From the human T2T-CHM13v2.0 reference genome, Homo sapiens, in assembly GCF_009914755.1 (NCBI RefSeq), contig NC_060932.1: 64,000 nucleotides of DNA. One strand, written 5' to 3'. Made by a program: the position numbers and the translations under genes. This document shows positions 38,257 to 56,268 of this stretch, one piece after another. Each line of letters opens with the position of its first letter. The first letter of the stretch is position 1. The notes under the pieces are model-generated. The model was not told the DNA's origin and ran no database searches. It saw only the letters and a list, made by a program, of their open reading frames with translations.

Positions 38257-39554
38257 TCACATCTGTGGTGCACATTTGCTCACCTTCTAAGTGACTCACT
38301 CACTGTTAAGGGTAGTGATGTCTGAATTGGCAGGCCTGAAGGTTTTTCTTTAGTGTAATCATTGCTCAATTACCTTCACCATCTGTGCTGGAAATGATTG
38401 TGATGACTTTGTGTGATGAAACCCAGAGGTGCCCAGTATTCCTGGGTGTCCTTTCCCACCCTTTATTACAGCAGAGGCATCAGAGTTCAAGAGGCCAGGT
38501 TCTCACTTGCGTCAACACACTGCTGCCAGGAAGGCGAGGCGGGGCGGAAGTGAGGTGTGAGTAGGATCTGTGAAGACCACTTGGGCATTCAGGATGATGC
38601 AGACAGCAAGTTGGAGAGGAAAGCCAGAAGATGAAACGCTCAAAGCAAGGGCCAAGTTGGCAAGTGGGCTAGGATACAGACCAGAAGCCGAGAGGGGTTA
38701 GAGGAAAAAAATGGGGCATTTCTAGGGAGATCACATGGACAGAAGGAAGAGGTTTAGCTACAGACAGAAACAGGCAGAGTGCTAGGACTGCCTCAGCACA
38801 GTATCACATCTGCAGGGTATTAACCTTTTGCAAAATTAAGATGCTGGCCAATTCATTCAGTAATTCTTCCAACAAATATTTAGTGAGATGCCAGGTTATT
38901 CTGCCTTGGGGACACAAATATATACAAAACAGTCACAGTCCCTGACTTTAAAAAATTTAGTGGCAAACCATCAGGCAAACATGGAATACAAAACACAGGA
39001 ATAAGAGTCAGTATAGGACTGAACCAGCAGTAAGGGAGCACAGAAGTGGGAAACCTCCCACCACTGGCAGGTCAGAAAGACTTCCAGGAAGCTACATCTA
39101 AACCAGACCTGAAAAATGAATGTGAATTAGCCATTGGATGGGGGCGGGGATGGGTTGAGGTGAAGGTCACAGTCCATTTAAAGGCGAGCAGCAGTGAAGG
39201 ATGGGGCTCTAGGTAGCCAGAGCTGTACCACGAAGGGCTTGGCAAGCCATGCTAGAGTCTATGTCCCATCCCGAGGGCAATCCACAGCTAGATCACAAAC
39301 TCCACGATAACCAGCGTCTCCCCAGCAACCACACAATGCTTGACACATCATAGCTCAATACTTGATAGCTAACGACCGAATGCATAGAGGGACAGCAATG
39401 AGGTGCTGTGGAAGGATCTTCACAATTTTTAATTCCTAAAATTGAAATGTCTACTAATTATACAGTCTTTGGCTTCACATTAAGACTAATGTGCAACTGC
39501 TGGTCATGCTATCGAGGTCACTAAAAGAACTGTTCAACTGGACGCGGTGGCTCA

Positions 39555-39944
<390 letters not shown>

Positions 39945-39987
39945 TTAGCCCATGGCTGGCATTCTCTTCCTCTGCTGAGAGAGATCA

Positions 39988-40210
<223 letters not shown>

Positions 40211-41239
40211 TTATTATTAAATTCCTCATCAGGGAGCTCTTCCATCCCAGCTAATTCACTGAGTAAGGTAATCACCCTTTGTATTTAAGATGATGTTACA
40301 GACTGTGATTAAAAGTCATGTGGCTGAAAAAGGACAGGATGATCAACCTGGCAGACAAAGCTCCACAGCTCTCTCGTGTTTCTGTGCATCTTGTGAGAGA
40401 GGCACTCAGTGTTCTTTGTTCCAGTCTATCTTCTCCAAGATGTCTGCAGGGCGAACAGCCTTAAAAAGGAGACAGCATCTACCTCTGGAGCAAAGGGCAA
40501 GCATGCTCACTGCCCATTATCAAAGTCTAGAGTTTCCCAAACTCAGCACTCCTCTCCTGTACGGCAACCAGTCATATTGCATCACGAGACATGGTAATGC
40601 ACATTCACTGTATGTGAACGTAGGCATTCCTTCTGTGCCCATTATGTGCCCTTGGGACTTGGAGGCAGAGAAACTGATGCAAATACACTGAAGTTTATAC
40701 TGCTTGCTGGGCCATGGGTCATAAAATCCTTTGTCTCTGACCCAGGAGTCTCCTTTCTGCCAGCATCCATGAAAAGCGGGAGAGGCTAAGCTGTTAGCTT
40801 ACAAGTAGGGTAAGATCTCAGACCCTTCACAATGCTTGGCACACCCTTCTTAGAAATAGCTTAGTTTCACATCTCAACATTCTTGGTCATTCCCAATGAA
40901 TTTACCTAACCAATGTGGATTCTTATGCTGCTGGCTATAATATAGTAACTGTTTTTAAAAGACCACAAATCTAAAAGCCTCCTTGATACACTTCCCCAAC
41001 AGATTATCTTCCAAAGGCATAATAGTCCTAAGATACAGTACTTGTAACGGGATAGGAGAAATCCAAATAAAGAAAACAAAACATAAACTGAATGCAGTAG
41101 AAATCATTTGAGACAGAAGCCAGTTTTATAAAACATAAATAATCATTTATACTCCATGATTAGCAATGGATCCTGTCTGAAGTAAACAAGGACAATTAAT
41201 ACAGTACAAGATATTTGTGGTTTTGTTTTTTATAACCCA

Positions 41240-41434
41240 CTAAGCCAAGATTTGTATCTCTGTATGGAACTGATTTTCAAATGGACAGAAATGGTCTTTG
41301 ATCTTTCTGAACCACTTGTCTTCAAATTCTTCTGAGGATACAGTCACCAAGGCAGTCAGGGCTACGGAGCCAACACACTTCACCTCTGGGTGAACTTCAT
41401 CTTTTATTTTTTCTGGGATATCTTCTCCCATAAC
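41240..41434 (-). CDS. C8orf76: C8orf76 coding exon 6 (last, stop TAG)
   Basis: Acceptor tatag|GTT; [11 protein letters not shown]...EIQILA*; exon sum 1143 nt = 380 aa + stop. Confidence 0.95.
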
Positions 41435-41596
41435 CTATAACAGGAGGAAAAAAAAAAACTGTCCCAATAAAAGAGGCAGAGACATGGAATGCTAGTTATC
41501 AACTGCGAAGGCTTTCATTCAAAGGCAGAAAATACTTGAGCAGCCAGGGGACATTCCCAACACATTGAAAAGATGTTTGTTCAGAAGTAGTTATCC

Positions 41597-41647
41597 GTCT
41601 ATGGCCATACCACCCTGACTGTGCCCGATCTTATCTGATCTCAGAAG
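41597..41647 (+). pseudogene. 5S rRNA 5'-fragment retropseudogene (nt 1-51), tailless
   Basis: gtctatggccataccaccctgactgtgcccgatcttatctgatctcagaag vs 5S GTCTACGGCCATACCACCCTGAACGCGCCCGATCTCGTCTGATCTCGGAAG (44/51); perfect TSD tcagaagtagttatcc at 41581-41596 and 41641-41656. Confidence 0.92.
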
Positions 41648-42449
41648 TAGTTATCCAAGGACAAATAAAATATCCCATATTTCTACCCTCATTCTCCCCA
41701 AGTGAAAGAATCACTTTGGTGCTGCTGCAGCAGCAGTACTATTTGGCTTACCAGGAGTACTGAGTTACCCTTTTTGTTTCAAAGAGCATATTCTGTTGGT
41801 GAGAATGCAACTGTAGCATGTAGCTGGGCCCACCTTTTCCTGACCCAAAAGGACTCTAATCCCTCTATAACCAAAGCAATCTTGGGGATTTAAGGAGCCC
41901 GTTACCAATGAAGGTACAATACTGCTCCCTACTGGTCAGAATCAGGCCCAGATGAACACAGGGTCATGTCCCAAGATTCTGGGTTAGTTTCTTTGAGAAG
42001 ACATCACAAAGTTAGGTTGTAGAAAGCTTGTACCTGAACCCACTAAGTAAGCAGACTGACCTTGGGTAATGACAATGAACTAAAATTAAGTTCCAAAACA
42101 TTTCATACCATCTGTCACGAAAGCTTATGTAGTCATGGAGCAGGGATGTTGTAGAGGGAATTTAAGTTCCACATAGATTTGCATTAGATAATCTCCAAGG
42201 TTCCTGCAAACCCGGATATTGAATGTGTTCATGAAAACTCAAATTATAATGAATTAGAAGCAGGCTCAAATAATGGTTTTGCGGACTGGGTTTAAATCTT
42301 CAAAGATTACATATTGTTTGAGGAAATTGCCAGTGAGAGCCAAGCTTCACTAGGCAACAGTCAGTATTTACTAAAGCCTGGTATTTCACCAGTTCTAAGA
42401 TACTTTTTTGTTTTTGTATTTTAACATCTCTAAAATCAAGATGTATCTG

Positions 42450-43419
<970 letters not shown>

Positions 43420-43549
43420 AGGCATCTTATTTTTCTTTTAGTGACACATCAAATGATATGTCTTAAAACTGATGATTTCCTGGATTCAGTGAAATGTAGT
43501 ATTTTAAAATCTGGGATAAAACACCAAAAATGCCTTTCTTAAAAAAAGA

Positions 43550-45360
<1,811 letters not shown>

Positions 45361-46194
45361 AAATAAAAGAATTACAAACAGGAAAAAAAAGCATGTGATC
45401 ATAGAATATTTAAGGATACAGGGCTATGTTATTACAAGTCAACTAAAATTAAAAGCACAAAATAAAGGCCAGGCATGGTGGCTCACATCTATAATCCTAG
45501 CACTTAGGGAGGCCAAGGCGGGACGATCATTTGAGGCCAGGAGTTTGGGACCAGACTGGGCAACATAGCAAGACCCTGCCTCTACAAAAAATTTTAAAAT
45601 TAGCTGGACATGGTGGTGGGTGCCTGTAATCCTACGAACTTGGGAGGCTGAGGTGAAAGGACCACTTGAGCCTAGGAATTTCAGGCTGCAGTGAGCTAAG
45701 ATTATGCACTGCAGCCTAGCCTGAGTAACAGAATGAGACCTTTTAAAAAATAAAAATAAGCACAAAACAAAATGTACATTATAATCCTAATTACAATCCT
45801 AACGAGGGCCCAGACATTTTCCATCTTTTTAAAAAGCTCCACTGGTATATCACATGCATTGTCTACACAGGAAACTACTCTTCCACCCAACCAACAGATT
45901 TATCGAGCATGGTGAAGAATACAAAGATGCTCAAAACATACTATTACTTATAAGGAACCTAGTATCTAGTTGAAAACATAAGATACATTCTTATGTCTTC
46001 TTAGGGCCCAAAGAGCTATCTATTCAAGCAATCACTATCTGAGCTCAGAGGAAGGAGAAATGACCACAGAGCAGAATATTCCGGAAAAGCTTCCTGGAGG
46101 ATGTGGAACTTGGGAGAATTAAAAGACTGATCAGAAGTGTTTTTTTGTGTTTTGTTTTTTGAGATGGAGTCTCCCTCTGTTGCCCAGGCTGTAG

Positions 46195-46362
<168 letters not shown>

Positions 46363-46728
46363 TGAGCTCCTGACCTCAAGTGATCCACCCACCTTGGCCT
46401 CCCAAAGTGCTGAGATTACAGGAAGTGTTCTGATGAGTAGTTCCATTTTAGACATTTTGTACTTGAAGTGACAGAAGAGTAATCAATAATTATCCCAGGT
46501 TAACCACCTAGTAGGCAATTAATCTGATGTGAGACACATGTCCCAGAGATGAGACTAGAGATAAAGACTGGAGAGTAATCAACCCAGAGGTGACAATGGA
46601 ACCTAGGGGTGTGGTGATGATTTCTGTGACAGAAAAGTAGAAAACAGAGAGGCCAAGGGAATCTTTAGCATGCCATTACTTACGCTACAGAAGAAACCAG
46701 CTGAGTCCCAAGAGGCAGAGGAACGTTA

Positions 46729-47087
<359 letters not shown>

Positions 47088-47636
47088 TTACATGTTAGTT
47101 TAAAAAAAATTACCTTTGAATTTCTATGCAACCATCAAAGTAGTAACAGGGTAGAGCAGGAATAAAATGGACTTGCAGCTGGCAAACACAAGCTCCAGAC
47201 CAGCTCTCCCACTGAAAATCTGACCGCAGGCAAGTCACAAGTTCTCTGAGCCTCAATTCTAGCTCTACTCAACTTCACAAGCTGTTATGATGAATGGAGG
47301 AAAAAAAATAGAACTGCTACACAAATGTAAGCATTCATTCATTCATTTATTCAGCACTGAAACAAACAATTATTGGGCATTGATGATGTTCAGGCAGGCA
47401 GGTGCTAACAAGCACTGACAAGTACATGAAACACAGCCCCTGCGGTCCCGCACGCTGCAGGGGAATGCCGATCAAGAGGCCGCCTTGGTGATTGCTGAGT
47501 GATCAAAAGGCACACAGAGGAGGGAGACAAGTCCTTCAGTAGATTAAATTTGGCCCTGCTTTATAAAAAATGCTATCAGAGCCAGGGAAAATATCTATGA
47601 TGCTTCGTTTCACATAAACCCGAGGGATACACTCAC

Positions 47637-47769
47637 CTCAGCTATCAACAGCAAAGTGTCTTCTTTGAAGCTGAACCCTTTCATTTTATCTTCAATTTCC
47701 TGCTGAGTCCTTAAGTTCCTCTCCAAAGCAAACGATGTTTGCTGAGGTTGGGTAAACTGAAGCAGAAGC
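47637..47769 (-). CDS. C8orf76: C8orf76 coding exon 5
   Basis: Acceptor ttttcag|G, donor GAG|gtgagt; [20 protein letters not shown]...LLLIAE; 133 nt restores phase 0. Confidence 0.95.
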
Positions 47770-49494
47770 CTGAAAAACCGAAAAGTCTCAATGCGTGGCG
47801 AAAAGTCCCAACGCTTCCAGATAAAGGAAAGCCGCGAGGAAATGTTCAGAAAGCCCAGGTATTGAGTCGGCTGCAAGTCCCACCAGGTTAAAAAGCAGGT
47901 ACCCACCCTCACTAGAACTATCATTTCAATCCCTAAAGCTTCCGACTTGGAATCAATTGCCCAACTTTACATTGGAGATTCATCTTTTCTAAAATATAAA
48001 GACTAAAACTGCTCAAAGAAATCTTCAGAGAGCAACACCTGAAAAGAGCTTCCGGCCTCAAAAGAGCTTCCTGTGGAAGTCAAGGGATTGAAAGGATAAG
48101 TAATTTGGAGTGAAAGGAACGAGCCTCCCAATCAGACTCCTCTCACACAGGCCCTCTGGATTTGCTCCTTTGAAGTCAGTGTTCTGTGACCCTTCCATCT
48201 CGCTGACCCCACAGCAACTTGACCGCAAGGACTAATTAGATTCGCTAGCACACTTCAATTACCCCAAGCAGGGCCAAATCTTTGATGACCCTCTGACAAC
48301 CACTCTGCGATACCTTACCACTGACTTCCCTGTCATGATCATAGCTGGTCTCCTCTCTCATTTAACTTCCTCCTGTCTTCCTCATTTGGCTCCTTTTTTT
48401 TTTTTTTTTTAATAAATACTCAATATGCAGATTTTCCCCTTTTTTCTCACTGGTACCTACTGCAATGCCCAGAAGCACTGGCTCTCCATGCTGTGGAACA
48501 TGCCCAACACTACGCTAGGCAATGAGAGATACTGATGAGCAAAACACACTTGTGGCCTCATGGAATGAATGGAAGGAGGGAGATAGCACATAAGTATTTC
48601 AGGTAGTGACAAGTGCTATGGAAAAAAACCCAAGACAGGGTGGACACAGTAACCTCTTCAGATGCGGCGGTATAGGCAGGAAGGCTTCCTTGAGATACCA
48701 GGCAAGCTACGAGCTACCTGATGAGGAACCAGTGGGAGAACATCTGGTGGCGAGGGCTTGGCCAGGGAGAAGGGGGCTCTGACACAGGAACAAATTTGAT
48801 ATGCTTGAAAATCACTAAGATCACTGTGGCTGGAACACAGTCAGAGAGAAAAATGTGTAGTAAATGAGGTGGGAAAAAAAAGCAGGGCCAATTCAAATCA
48901 GACCTTGCAGGCCATGGAAAGAAATGCGGAATTGACGTAAGTGCAATGGGAAGCCATCCGGGCGTTTCAGAAAGGAGCCTGACCTGACTCACAGGTAAAA
49001 TGATCATCTGTCTGCTTCAGTCTGACCTGTTGACATCACCTACCCGGCCTCGGGAAGCATTCACCTTCGTTACCCCTTTGATGTAACTTGCTTTCTGCCC
49101 TCTGGATATACTCCAGGCACCCGCGACTCGGTACTTCAAGCCTAAAATCATTGCCTTCCACCCCAAATCGGCTCTGCTCATCCTCCCAGATGTCCTATCT
49201 CAGCGGAAGGCACCACCATCCACCTGTGCATCCTCGAGAGACTCTGCAGAGACTCTTCCGGTCTCCTCACCCTCAACCTTCCCACACACTCCGCTGGTCA
49301 CCAAGTCCTGTCTATTCTATCGTGCAGTGACATCCATTTCTTTTTTTTATTACCACTGTACCAGCCTAGGTCAGGCCCTCATCATCTTCCACTAATTACT
49401 CTACAACCTCTAGTCCTTAGCTCCTCCTTCTAATCCAGCATCGCAGTCACCAGAGCTCTCTAAATCACAGGTTTTGGCCAGGCGCGGTGGCTCA

Positions 49495-49821
<327 letters not shown>

Positions 49822-51667
49822 TTAAAACCTGCAAATACTCTTCAGGCCTTCGGCACAAAGACCAAACCCTTGTGACACCAAACATCTTGTGTTAACAATA
49901 AAAACAACAAAAATAAAAGTACTAATCTAACATTTACCAAATGCCTACTACATACCATGCAGGACAATAAGTACTTTAAATACTTTAATTCTACAACCCC
50001 AGGAAGCAGGCATTTTCCCCATTTCTCCATCTGTCAAGATTAAGCAACTAGAGAGCAGAGTTTAAGGAATGTGTGCAAGGTCAGACCGCTTGCAAGAGTT
50101 CAGGTTCATCCACTTAGCATCAGCAATTGACTAAGTTCTTCAAAACCAGTTCTGACGCCAAAGTCCTACTTCCTACTTCCTCTGCCACCCTGGCACTGTG
50201 GCCACAGCCTACCTTGAGCCCTTACCACCAATGCTGCTTTTACCACCAGACAATGTGACAACACTGTTCTAGAACGGATCCTCTGCCCCTCTGGGCGGTG
50301 CCTTCTTTTTACCTAGCATGCCTCTTCCCACGTGGGGAATATTAACGTGGAGTGAGCAAGATAAGCTGAAAGAATACAGGGTCTGGAATCAGAGACCAGC
50401 TCCAAATCCTGGCCCTGCACTTCACAGTTGCACCACTTTGGGAATGATTTTAATAGTTTCCTGATCCATCTAGTGGGATCCCAATAGGTATCCCAGAGTC
50501 ATGAGGATTAAAATGAAATAATGTATACAAAGCATCTAGCACTCAGTCAACTGACAAGGGTTCCTACAGGGACCATTCAGCAGAGGCATCATCCCCTCTG
50601 TAAAGGCTTCCTTCTTTTGGCCACGCCAACAGCTCCCTGACGTTGGTCACAGCACTGATATACTATTTAGCACCTGTGCTGGCAGTTACAGGCTAGACAT
50701 ACCATTTCTCTGAGTGAGTGAGGGGCATAAGGGACTGCTTTTTAAATGATCTTTGTGATCCTAGCACCAAGCACATGTCTGGCACACGGTTGTCATTCAA
50801 TGTGCCTCTGAATTAGTGACATGGTCAATCTAAACAAGCATCCACTGAATACATTTTAAAATTTGCCAAATAGCTGGGAACGGTAGCTCACTCCTGTAAT
50901 CCCAGCACTCTGGGAAGCCGAGGCGGGTGGATCACCTGAGGTCAGGAGTTCGAGACCAGCCTGGCCAACATGGTGAAACCCTGTCTCTACTAAAAATACA
51001 AAAATTAGCCGGGTGTGGTGGTGCACAGCTGTAATCCCAGCTACTCAGGAGGCTGAGGCAGGGGAATTGCTTGAACCTGGAGACAGACGTTGCAGTGAGC
51101 GGAGATCACACCACTGCACTCCAGCCTGGGCAATAAGAGCAACTCCGTCTCAAAAAAAAAATAATAATAATAAAATAAAATTTGCCAAATAGATACCACT
51201 TCTCAGTAAGCCTCACTGTTAATATTTCTTGAATCCTCCTGAGTTAAAAAATCTGTATATTCTTTGGTACCATTTGAAACATGAGAGAGTCTGCTTCTTC
51301 TCTCATCATTTATAGAACTGGTCAAGTGTATTCTCCCTACCCTTCCCTCAAACTCATACTTTAAAGATAAAAAGTACTTGGTATCCCTAGGCACAAACCA
51401 TGGGAATTCTCTGTAGAATGAATTAAGCATCATCTACTCCCATTATCAGCAATTCAAATACAAGAGCTAATTTTCTTCTTTAGTAGATTTCTGTGGAATA
51501 TACGAACAGAAAATTCCTTCTTTAAAATATGTCTTCTCCCTTTTTCAGTGTTTTATACATTTTTATTTTCCTAATTTTTTAATGTTTTCTAATCTTAACA
51601 TTCCATCTTGGACAATGACACAGGTTATATTCCTTTTTGTTTCTGAGAGTTTCATTCTGTTGCCTAG

Positions 51668-51914
<247 letters not shown>

Positions 51915-52436
51915 TAGCTGGGACTACAGGCACGTGCCACCATGCCCAGCTAATTTTTTGTATTTTAGTAGAGACAGGGTTTCACCATGTTGGCCAGGCT
52001 GGTCTCGATCTTCTGACCTTGTGATCCACCCACCTCACCCTCCCAAAGTGCTGGGATTACAGGCGTGAGCCACCGCGCCCGGCCCGCATAGTTAACTTTT
52101 CAAAAAAAAATTTTTGTAGAAATGGGATTTCACCATGTTGCTCAGGCTGGTCTCAAATTCGTGAGCTCAAACGATCCACCTGCCTCAGCCTCCCAAAATG
52201 CTGGGATTACAGGTATGTGCTACCACACCAGCTAACACAGGTTGTATTCTTAAACAAATGTAGTTTTGTTTCCAAGTATTACACACTAGAATGACAAACG
52301 TTCAACACAACCATAGGAAAATTTCAAAAATATATACCAAATGTCTAGCCTAGAACTTTTTGAAGCTTAAAATTAGAAAATAAAGCCTTTACTCTGAGCT
52401 GATTACCAAGCGTTGCTTAAGTGACTCTCAGCTTAC

Positions 52437-52894
52437 CTGGTTCGTATAAAAGAGGCACATGCTTTCAGCTGAGTCTCTATCAACACTGTTTCTCTCTTTT
52501 CTGCCATACAGTTTTGGATATTTGTCAGAGCTTTCTCATTTTTCTGGCTATTACTGCTATTCGCTTCCACAGAAAATAAAGAGCTCTCAGGCAAGGTTTC
52601 AGGAAAACACAAAAGACAGTCTTTTCCTGAGTGTGGAAAGAAGGATTTGATAGTTTTGTCACTTGAGGTGAAACTGTGCTGTTTCTGAGATGACGCAAGT
52701 GCTGCTGAAAGAGCTGGCCCCAGATTCAGGTAAGCCTCTGCCAATTTGCCCCAGTTCCAAGGATTAAAAGGATGCAAAGAAATCAGTTTCTGCAGGCAGA
52801 AAATTGTTTTCTCCAAGTTCTGCAAACTTGAACAAATAGCAAGCTGGAGGTAGAGTACCGTGGTTAAATGGTCTGTGTTGGTTGCTTTATTTTC
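52437..52894 (-). CDS. C8orf76: C8orf76 coding exon 4
   Basis: Acceptor ccttag|GAA, donor CCAG|gtaagc; [10 protein letters not shown]...CASFIRT(R); 458 nt. Confidence 0.95.
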
Positions 52895-54106
52895 CTAAGG
52901 AGAAAAAAAAAAGGTTAAGAAGTTTAAACTTCAAAGCATTTTCCATATAAAATGAGAATGCCTAAAAAACCAAGTTGTATATGTTATAAATTAGAAGTAT
53001 CTTTCAGTAGCTATACGAGTGACCTAAATATATTTCAATATATCTCATGTTTGAAACCGTAAACCCAGAGAGATATATGCTACCTAGAGAAAGAGTCACC
53101 AGCCATTCCCAAACATCCTAATGTCATAATAACTTAACAATTCCTAGATGGTGGCCTGCCAAATGTTCAGCATCAAAAACATAAATATCCATTTATTTCC
53201 AATTTTTATTATAATCTTTACTGTCTTCAGCCAGGTATCTGAAAGACCCAGCCACTTTTCTTAGATCCTGGCCTAATGATTCCATTGTAATATTCAAGGC
53301 TTTCTAAAAATCCAAATGGTAATTTCCTTGAGGATTTGAACAAACTCCACTTCCAAATTTTATTTGGCTTAGACATTTTAAACAGGATAGCCCTGAAGCT
53401 CTCCATGCTTCATGACGCATTCTAATTGAATCCAAATGCCTTCCCTGGTAACCATTACCAAGGTCAATTATAATTTTTGGCCAAAAGGGGTTGCTTAGTT
53501 TCCTTTTGATCAGAAAATCCTTTTCAAATCTCCTTAACCAGCGCCAACATCTCTTGCCTAACTTGCCATATGGCAAATGTCCTCTGGGTTAGTAAAAACA
53601 GGCCTGCTTTTTGTAAGTTGAAGTTTGCGGAGAGCAGATGGCAGACTCAAATTACCTTCAAGTTGATGTGAGGTCTAAGGAAAGCCTGGCCTGCAAGCGT
53701 CCAGATCAGGCTCCCTCACAGAACCACACTGAGCATGAAACATGAGCAAAACTACCTGGTGTACGGCCCCAGGAAACTGTACACCAGCAAGTGAAGGCCT
53801 GCGGGCAGCTCTAAATATTCCCACATTGAGTGAAAAGATAGGAGATAAAGCCCCATACGACTGATTTGCTGACACTGTACCTTCCCAAAGACAGAACACA
53901 TCTCGTTTTATTGTTACTATTGTTCAGCATCTGTCCTTCCCAACAGACCATTTAGCTCCATAAGAGCTTTTGTTCAATGTAAATTCCTAGTACAGAGCAC
54001 AGCTCCTCGGCCATCACAGATGTTAAATCACGTTTGAGTAATGACTTTTCTAAAGTCAAATCATGTCATTTATAAGGAAAACAACATGTATAGACTACAT
54101 CTGTAA

Positions 54107-54337
<231 letters not shown>

Positions 54338-54495
54338 TAAAGACAGGGTTTTGCCATGTTGGCCAGGCTGGTCTCGAACTCCTGACCTCAAGTGATCCAC
54401 CCCCTTCGGCCTCTGAAAGTGCTGGGCTTACAGGCATGAACCACTGTGCCCAGCCTCAAAAACATTTTGATATTGATAAAGCAAGTGTGTGTTAG

Positions 54496-54751
<256 letters not shown>

Positions 54752-55610
54752 TGAACTCCTGACCTTCGCCCACCTCGGCCTCCCAAAGTGCTGGGAATAC
54801 AGGCATGAGCCACTGCGCCCTGTCAATAGTAGGGTTTTGAGAGGTGGATTAGTAAACTCCTTCTGGAAATTAAATTCTATTTAGGCCGGGCGTGGTGGCT
54901 CACATCTGTAATCCCAGCACTTTGGGAGGCCAAGGCGGGCGGATCATGAGTTCAGGAGATCGAGACCATCCTGGCTAACATGGCGAAACCCCATCTCTAC
55001 TAAAAATACAAAAAATTAGCTAGGTGTGGTGGCGGGCACCTGTAGTCCTAGCTACTCAGGAGGTTGAGGCAGGAGAATGGCATGAACCCGGGAGGCAGAG
55101 CTTGCAGTGAGCCAAGATCATGCCACTGCACTCCAGCCTGGGCAACAGAACGAGACTTCATCTCAAAAAAAAAAAAAAAATCTATTTAAATGAGTGAGTG
55201 ATTTTTCCAGAATACTGCAACTCTTTCTGTAACAATAACATGATGATGACAGTTAACATTTACTGAGTGTTTACGCAGTGCCAGGCACTATTCTAAGTGT
55301 TTTCCTCATTTAATCCTCCTGACAGTGCTTTAAAATAGATTCAGTAATTTTCCTTATGTTACAGATAAGGCAACTGGGTCACAGAGAGGTTAGATAACTT
55401 GCCTGCCATAACGTGGCTGGTAAGCAGGAGAGCTACAGTCAGTTATACTAAAAGTCAAGGAATAAAAGGTACTTACGAAGAGCTGATATGGCCAGGCAAG
55501 GTGGCTCACCCCTGTAATCTCAGCACTTTGGGAAGCCGAGGTGGGCAGATCACTTGAGGTCAGGAGTTCAAGATCAGCCTGGCCAACATGGTGAAACCCT
55601 GTCTCTATTA

Positions 55611-56268
<658 letters not shown>

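Noticed and set aside
47770-47924. Open frame extending upstream of C8orf76 exon 5
   Set aside because: Non-ATG start and no convincing alternative acceptor; the canonical acceptor at 47770 gives the exact 380-aa total
48042-48071. AAAAGAGCTTCC repeated twice
   Set aside because: Short 12-bp duplication with no informative motif
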